A DNA stretch of 64,000 bases from Octopus vulgaris (taxonomy: Eukaryota). The DNA lies in contig OX597831.1 of assembly GCA_951406725.2 (NCBI GenBank), positions 54,870,001-54,934,000 of the forward strand. Direction: 5' to 3'. Shown piece after piece: positions 56,128 through 64,000 of this stretch (within the stretch, counting starts at the first letter, position 1; each line of letters begins with the position of its first letter). The notes beneath the pieces are model-generated. The model did no database searches, had not been told where the DNA came from, and saw only the letters and a list, made by a program, of their open reading frames with translations. The position numbers and the translations under genes were made by a program.

Positions 56128-57221
56128 GTGAGCGTGTGTGTGTGCGTGTGTGTGTGCGTGTGTTTGTGTGAACGCGTGTGTGTGTGTTATGTGTGTATAC
56201 ATATATGCAAATGTGTATACGTGCGTATGTATGTATGTATGTATGTATGTATGTATGTATGTGTGTATGTGTGTATGTATGTATGTATGTATGTATGTAT
56301 GTGTACATGCATTTTTGTTTGTATGTATGTATATCCGAAAGACCAAATGAAAACATCATGTACTTTAAATAGACATCTAAAATGATTTAACGACAAATCA
56401 TGCTTTTCTATTTCGAAAAGATGACAGATCTCCGTGGAGCATCCGCTGTTTGACATCCACACATTCCAAATATTTACCTCGTTCTTATCCAACCCGCATA
56501 CCTACCAATCTACCTATTTACCAGCCTTTCTATTAACCTATCTACCTATCAAACTACAAACCTACCTACCTACCTGCCTATACGAACCAACGGGGAGACC
56601 TGGCAGAATGTCTCCGTGCCGGGAAAATAGCAGCATTTATTCCGACTTTACGTTCTGATTTCAAATCGCTCCGGGGTCGACTTTGCTTTTCATCCTTTCG
56701 GAGTCGATAAAATAAACACTAGTTGAGCACTGGGGTTAATTAATTGACTTTGACACTCTTCTAAAACTGCTGTTCTTGTGCCAATATTTGGAACCAATAT
56801 AATCAGAAATCATTAATATGATATCTTATTATATAATATAGCTGGTTAGAAGTAAGTATAATATATAAAACTTTGAAGGCGGTGAGCTGGCAGAAACGTT
56901 AGCAAGCCGGGCAAAATGATTAGCGGTATTTCGTCTGTTTTTACGTTCTGAGTTCAAATTCTGCCGAGGTCAACTTTACCTTCCATCCTTTCAAGTTCGA
57001 TAAATTAAGTATCAGTTGCGTACTGAGATCGATCTAATCGACAGATCCCCTCCCAAAAAATGTCGGGCCTTGTACCTAGAGTAGAAAAGAAGACATAAAA
57101 CTTTGATTACATGTATCCATAGTCTTGGAAAACCTTGGCAATGATATAAGCAGAAAGATTTCCAATTTGTGTACTTCTCTTGCTTTTGGTTTCAGTTTCG
57201 TTTTTTTTTTTCTTTTTCCAG

Positions 57222-57639
57222 GCGCTTATTCACAAATACAATGGATTATGTGGCGTCTGTGGAGACCCGTGGGATCAAAATCCACGGGACCATGAAAGGG
57301 GTGGAAAATATTATGAAGGATTCATAACAGCAAATTATGAGGAAGGATCAACAATTACAGCTGCAGTACAAGTAACTGCTAATCACAAAGGTTATTTTGA
57401 ATTTCGAATCTGCCCTTACGATAACCCTAAAGCTGGTGATATTGAATATTCAAATGGAAGCGATTTTGTTGAAGTTAGTCAATCGTGTTTGAACAAACAT
57501 CTGTTAACCATCGGTGAAACTAATGACACCAAATATTACATCCCACACACATCACCAGTTATGCTTAATAATATCTCCCTCAAACTACCAAGTGGTGTGG
57601 TCTGCAACAAATGCTTATTCCAATGGACGTACATAACCG
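57222..57639 (+). CDS. AA15-family LPMO, coding exon 2 (second brace His)
   Basis: Polypyrimidine tract and cAG end at 57221; phase 0 matches exon 1. Encodes NGLCGVCGDPW, HERGGKY, TANHKGYFEFRIC (His codon 57384-57386) and LPSGVVCNKCLFQWTYITG. Donor GTAAGT at 57640, phase 1. Confidence 0.95.
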
Positions 57640-60600
57640 GTAAGTACAATTGTCTGTTACCATGCATTAAATAAAAGAAGGCAATAATATCGGTATATTA
57701 AATTAAAAATGGTTTTTAATTATAAGTAATACTGAATTTCTAAATCTCTCGTAGAGACATGTACGGTGGTGGGGCGATAGAATGGTTGAATACTGTCAAT
57801 CTAACACGAACGTGACAGTAGGGGAGTACACCACCGCTGTATAGCCCTAGGAAGCATCGAACGCCTCCTGATGGCTTTGACACATTTTTCCCTGTGTCCT
57901 TATATACATTTACGAAGGGGATACAAACACCCATGATCTAAAAAATCAACATAGCCCTATTTTATCAGGTTTTTGAAAAAGGTTGTTTTGTTTTGTTTTA
58001 CATTGTTATTTTCCTTAAAGGAAACTATATAAATAAGGCATGTTCTAAAAGTACTTTCAGCGTTAAAGGTTTCGTGGTGGTTGTGTCGTTGTCTCTTAAT
58101 CCATTCGATCTTTGAGATACTACTCATCGCTCTGTTAAGATTGCACGGAACTTGAAGCACAGACCAGAAAGCTAATGAAACACTTGTCAGTTGTATGTTA
58201 CTGTTATTGCAGGTATCAACTATGAAAGTGATGTAAAGCAGCGAATTGGCAAGTTCGTTAGCGCGCAGGGCATAATTCTCAGCATTATTTCGTTCGTCTT
58301 TACGTACTGAGTTTAAATTCCGCCGAGGTCGACTTTGCCTTTCATCACTTCATGGTAGATAAAATAAGTGCCAGTTGAGTACTGGCATCGATGTAATAGA
58401 CTAGCCCCTCCCTCGAAGTTACTGGCTTTGTGCCAAAATTTGAAACGAAATATATTTTCATGATATAAATTGGTGCTAAGATAGCTTTTTGTCCTCGGTT
58501 TGTAACTAAGCAAGAGATACAATACAAACTATAATGAATCCTGAGCGAGATATGAATGGATGCATAGATCTTCGTAGTTCGACCGTGAGTATTCAATTTT
58601 ACCTAGTCGTCAAATTAACGTGGATGACTATTCGTAGACATATGTATCTTTAAAGTAATTCTGAAGAAGAATCAGTGTAACACATTGTACAGGTACAATT
58701 AATCCGACAGACTTCTATGCAGTTCCCATCAACCCAATTTTCACTCAGAAGGTGACTGGGCACTCCGTCGGTTACGACGAAGAGTGTTCCCAGTCGATTC
58801 AATCAACGGAACAGCCTGCTCGTGAAATTAACTAACAAGTGGTTGAACACTCCACAGACACGCTTGCCCTTAACGTAGTTCTCATGGAGATTCACATGAC
58901 AAGGCTGGCCCACTGAATTACAGGTGCTACCCATATTTGCCATCTGAGAGGACTGGAACAACGCGAAATAAAGTATCTGACACAAGGGCACAACGCACTG
59001 CCTGGAAGCGAACTCACAACCTTATGATCATGAGCCGAATACACATACAACACCAGGCGCATTCACTTTCACAAGGTATTGGTCGAGCCGGAGCAAGAGA
59101 AAACGACAATTGATCACAACACTTGCAATAAGATTAAACCTGGGAACCCGAGGTTGCAAGAACAAGATAAAAACGCTAAATGCATGACACTGATTTTATT
59201 TTTAATGGTTTAGTTTGAGGAAGAAAGGTAGCGCTAGTAATTCCCTTCTGGGCCTTGGTAGTTGATGGGAAAAAAGGAGAAAAATATTTTCAGATCAGTG
59301 ACCAGGACCCATTGCTTGCAAAAGAAGGAGCTCTGCTAAAAAGGACTCAAGGGTCATTGGTGAAGTTATTGATACAAAGATATTGATACCAGTAACTTAA
59401 TCAAAACTGAGCCATAACTGTGCTTTCTAAGTTTCAAATTGCTGAGGTGGAAACACAGAAGCAGTCATGGTTGCGTGGTTAAGAAACCCGCTTTGCATCC
59501 ACACGGTTCCAAGTTTAATCTTGCTGTGCAGCACCTTGTGCATTTTACTATAAACGAACCAATACCTATTTCTTTACTACCCACAAGGGGCTACACACAG
59601 AGGAGACAAACAAGGACAGACAAACGGATTAAGTCGATTATATCGACCCCAGTGCGTAACTGGTACTTATTTCGCCCGGCGTGCTAACGTTTCTGCCAGC
59701 GAACCAATACCTTTTAAGTGAATTTGGTAGACAGAAACTGTGTGGAAGCCCGTCATATATGTGCATGTGTATGCGTATCTTTGACAACTGCTGTCGGTTT
59801 GGTTTAGGTCCCCGTACATTAGCGGTTCTGCAAAAGAGACAGGCTTAAAAATTAAGTACTGGAGTCAATGATTTGTTCGACTAAATTCTTCAAGGCTACA
59901 CCTTAATGTCTAGACGGACCTGAAGCAGACTTAGAGTAAAGAGGGCATGTCATTAATAGGATCTTAAATGACGGCGAAAAAACTTGGACAAACCTGATTG
60001 ATCGATTGCCCAAAAGATTAATCAAACAATCAATTAGTTAATTGGTTAAATGGTCTACCAATTAATAAATAAGTAATAAAAAAAGTAAAAAAAGAACTAG
60101 TGCATGAGTTTTAGTTGGTTTTGCCCTAGGTCAACGCTGACTGGGCAGATGCATGCCTAAAGATGTCTGCAAGCCGTGATCAACCCGTCCTTTAAACAAT
60201 GTAAGATTAGATTATCTTGTGTCCTTTCGTTATTTAAAACCCAGCCGAGAGTGATTTGAAGGTGATTTAGTCAATACATCCAGCAGGTCATTACGCTGTT
60301 TAAGAATTTGGACCTGGAGATCTCCATTTCCAGCGACTTCTAGGGCCACCTCCCAGTGGTGTCGGGCGTCAACGAAGAGCCCTCGACTACAACAAGACGA
60401 CCAAAGTGCTTTTTTTTTCCAAGGTCTGGGGTGTCCCGCCCCTAAGCCCTAGACCATCACCTAATCACCCTTACCTGTCTTGTTGCTTAACAACAACAAC
60501 AGCAGGTCATTACAAAGAAATATAGACGTCTGTGGGGAAGGGAGTTGTTCTTTTTTTGTTTTTTTGTGGGTTTTTTTTTTTTTTGTCTTTTTTGCAAAAT

Positions 60601-60692
60601 AGACCTTCGACGTGGTTTCTGATATTTCCTCTTTATGCCTTCATGAAAATAAAAAAATATTTACACTGTGTCCTATTTTATTTCCAATCCAG

Positions 60693-60944
60693 GTAATAGC
60701 TGGGGTCGGTTTCCAAACGGAACGGCTTGCATTGGATGTGGGCTACAAGAAACATTTAAAGCTTGCTCTGATGTTATCATCAACCCCAGATCGAACGGTA
60801 GCACGACGTCAACACCACCTGCATCCACACAGTCTACCACAAAGTCACCAAATACCGAACAGAGCACAGAACAGAGCACAGAACAGAGCACACAACTACT
60901 CAGCAATTCGCCGACAACTGAAGGAACAAAATGGAGAGCAACAG
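60693..60944 (+). CDS. AA15-family LPMO, coding exon 3 (end of catalytic domain plus Ser/Thr linker)
   Basis: Acceptor tttccaatccAG ends at 60692; phase 1 completes the Gly codon. Encodes NSWG...CIGCGLQETFKACSDV, then a S/T/P-rich linker. Probable donor GTTGGT at 60945 (phase 1); otherwise the frame reads to TAA at 60959-60961. Confidence 0.9.
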
Positions 60945-61654
60945 GTTGGTTTTTAATGTAAAACATTACATATTTACGTGCATACATAGATGCATGCATT
61001 CATACATACATAACACACACACAACGCACACAACCATACAGATTCTTAAAAAAAAAAAGACTCCGCCGGTTACGACGACGAGGGTCCCAGCTGATACGAT
61101 CAACGGAACAGCTTGCTCGTGAAATTAACGTGCAAATGGCTGAGCATTCCACAGACACGTGTACCCTAAACGTAGTTCTCGGGGATAATCAGCGTGACAC
61201 AGAGAGTGACAAGGCTGACCCTTTGAAATACAAGTACAACTCATTTTTGCCAGCTGAGTGGACTGGAGCAACGTGAAATAAAGTGTCTTGCTCAAGGACA
61301 CAACGCGTCGCCGGGAATCGAACTCACAACCTTACGATCATGAGCCGAATACCCTAACCACTAAGCCACGCGCCCTCACATACAGATTCTTACATGCATA
61401 CACACATACACACACACACTCAAACAGGCTCACACACATATATGTATGTTTGGATAAATGGGTGCATATTCTTTTATTCTTTTACTGGTTTCAAGTCATT
61501 TGACTGTGGCCATGCTCGAGCACCGCCTTTAGTCGAGCAAATCGATCCCAGGACTTTGTAAGCCTAATACTTATTATATCGGTCACTTATGCCGAACCGC
61601 TAAGTTACGGAGACGTAAACACACCAATATCGGTTGTCAAGTGATGTTGGGGGA

Positions 61655-61698
<44 letters not shown>

Positions 61699-61709
61699 AT
61701 CTGTAGTAT

Positions 61710-61783
61710 AATACGTGACAATTATTTGCTTGCCATAATAAAACTCCGAGTTTCGGATGTCGGGGCGGAAAACTGCTCTGGCA

Positions 61784-61853
<70 letters not shown>

Positions 61854-61879
61854 GCTAAATGGAGCTTGCATGTCCGAGA

Positions 61880-61885
<6 letters not shown>
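61710..61885. mobile_element. Rearranged Penelope-like remnant of the 20690-22400 family
   Basis: Inverted half of the 22241 hammerhead, then (TA)n, then ccgctaaatggagcttgcatg (PLNGACM) matching 20993. Confidence 0.65.
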
Positions 61886-61943
<58 letters not shown>

Positions 61944-64000
61944 GAGAGAGAGAAGAGTGAAAATAATTAATTATAAATTCACGAAACTTTTTTTCTTGAA
62001 AATTCATTGGAAAAGGAGTGGGTACATGAAACTTTAGGGAAAATACTTAAATACCATGTTTGCCATTTTTACTACTTTGAAGGATGAAGCAGACAGCAGG
62101 TCAAAGTTCAATAGTCGACAGAATGCAATTACGTCGAATAGCATTTAGTAGCGTTGTCAATAATAACAGAGCTCAGTCTTCTCTTATAACTTTACAATAT
62201 AGAATGACTAGAGAGTACAAGACAGTTCTCTAAACAAACAAACTGAATAATGTACGTTGCTTTCTGGAGGAAATTAAACTCGCATAACGAGTTGAAATTT
62301 GATCTACGAACGACGAACAAACAACGCATACGCATAAGTGAGTGGGACCCTAGCGAGCTGTAATGTGAACAACAAACCACGAAAACCACGAGAAAACTAT
62401 ACACACATGTAAGTTCTGAGAGTACATATATAAACGGTACCTCAAATGAACAAACTGTATAGCGAACAGTTTTTCTGGTGAAATTTATATTCAGCCAATG
62501 AGTTGAAATTTGAACAAACTACGGCTAGACTAAGCACGCATATAAGTGTCTGTGAGAGTGTATACAAATGTTTCGTTAACGTTCATGTACACATTTCATA
62601 TAGCTTGCAAATTTTCATATTTTATATCAAAAATAAAATTTCTCATTTCTGATTTAAATTTTCTTTTTAAACCATAACCATGATTCGACAGAATCAAGAC
62701 AAAAAGGGGGAAAATACGCCCATACGAGCAGATATATATGTATTTGCTATTGATGAACAACTAAAACATCCTTTCATGTCGTTATGTGGAGTTTAGCTGT
62801 ATCTTGGAACGGTTTACCTCTATTTATATGTATCTTGGAACGGTTTACCTCTATTTATATGTATTTCAGTTACTTATCTGACGAACAATCTGTTTAACGA
62901 ACAGGGCTCCGAAATGGATATGTTCGTAAATACTGTAATAAGTTACAAAACTAATTAGAGCAGAAAGAAACTAACACTAATTTGAATCTGACTGCATTAA
63001 AATGTTGGATGTTGGTGATGATGGTAAAGACGATGTCAATGGCAACAACTTCTAATGAAACTAATACCACATAATCGTAAGCAGTTACAAATCGTGACAA
63101 ATTTCTGATAAAGATATTCTATCAATGTGTTAAGTGTGTTGACACTCATTCCCGTGACAATATTGACAAGAGCAAAAACATTAGAGATATTGAAGTAAAG
63201 TATACATTAACTTGCTTAATACGTAATCATGGTAACTCTAAATAACCAAGACTACCACAAAGAGGTTAACATTTTTTATTCAAATTAACCGAAAGAAATA
63301 CACACAAAATTAAAAAATATATATTTTTGAACTGACTTAATGTATCAAAGTGTAAATTAAATATAAATCAGGAATCAGTAAGGATAATGAGAAAAAAGGC
63401 TAGTTTGAATCTTAGCTGGGAAGATAAAAGAAACTCTTTATGATGCAGTCTGTAATATGCTTCTGTAATATTTGTTCTTGATGAGAGCACTTCATTATCC
63501 CATCAAGTATTGACAAGTAGTAAATGTCACTACACAGTATTCATGGTCTCTGGGTCTTCCTGAATGGCACACCTCTTGAACAATTACCTTGAATTATTTT
63601 AGCAGTTATGATGATGCATGTTTTATGTGGCCCACTTCTCAGAGAAAGTTGCCCTTGCTGGTCTACAGCTCGCTCACCAGTTCCTTTTGTACCCTTATCG
63701 TTTCCTTTACCCACTTCTTGTCCAGTGTGGTATCTGGCTAGAGTTTCACACTGTTTGAGTTTTTGAAACGTAAACACAGTTGGCTCCAATGTTATTAGCT
63801 CAACTAATCATAAATGTTGTTGAATGTTATTGAGGGCGGAGATGTATTCTAGTTTGTTCATTATATCAAAAGCTATTAAAAACGTCAGTTTTATGTTGGC
63901 AGCATGTATCATCAAGTTTAATTTCATGATAAATAATACATGCAAATATACCACAATATCAAAAATTGCATTGATCAGAGAATAAATAATTCAATGACAC

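Noticed and set aside
60612-60999. Alternative-frame and antisense ORFs over LPMO exon 3
   Set aside because: Only the frame in phase with exon 2 gives AA15 motifs.
63541-63789. 82-aa minus-strand ORF in unique-looking sequence
   Set aside because: No recognisable motif, non-ATG start and no convincing splice pair; cannot be supported without a search.

Overview
Eukaryotic, AT-rich, repeat-dense genomic DNA. The SINE families and the (TA)n/(TATG)n/(GATA)n load suggest a coleoid cephalopod, probably Octopus; this is an inference. One protein-coding gene is well supported: a secreted AA15-type lytic polysaccharide monooxygenase (LPMO) on the + strand. It has three phase-compatible coding exons (52470-52658, 57222-57639, 60693-60944), a His1/His91 histidine brace, an axial Phe and a Ser/Thr linker, plus a candidate TATA box and non-coding first exon near 49.35-49.54 kb. 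The rest is mostly decayed mobile DNA: three mariner copies, a Chapaev3-like element with a TTA target duplication, hAT, maT/Tc1 and Helitron remnants, a Merlin-like MITE, three tRNA-type SINE families and many Penelope-like (PLE) fragments. The most unusual structure is a ~1.4 kb palindrome (23564-24936) built from tandem 482-bp non-coding units, each carrying a hammerhead-ribozyme fold, which resembles a retrozyme. About ten further minimal hammerhead-like motifs are tied to PLE ends across the window. Nearly all ORFs in the supplied track are microsatellite read-throughs or transposon fragments.
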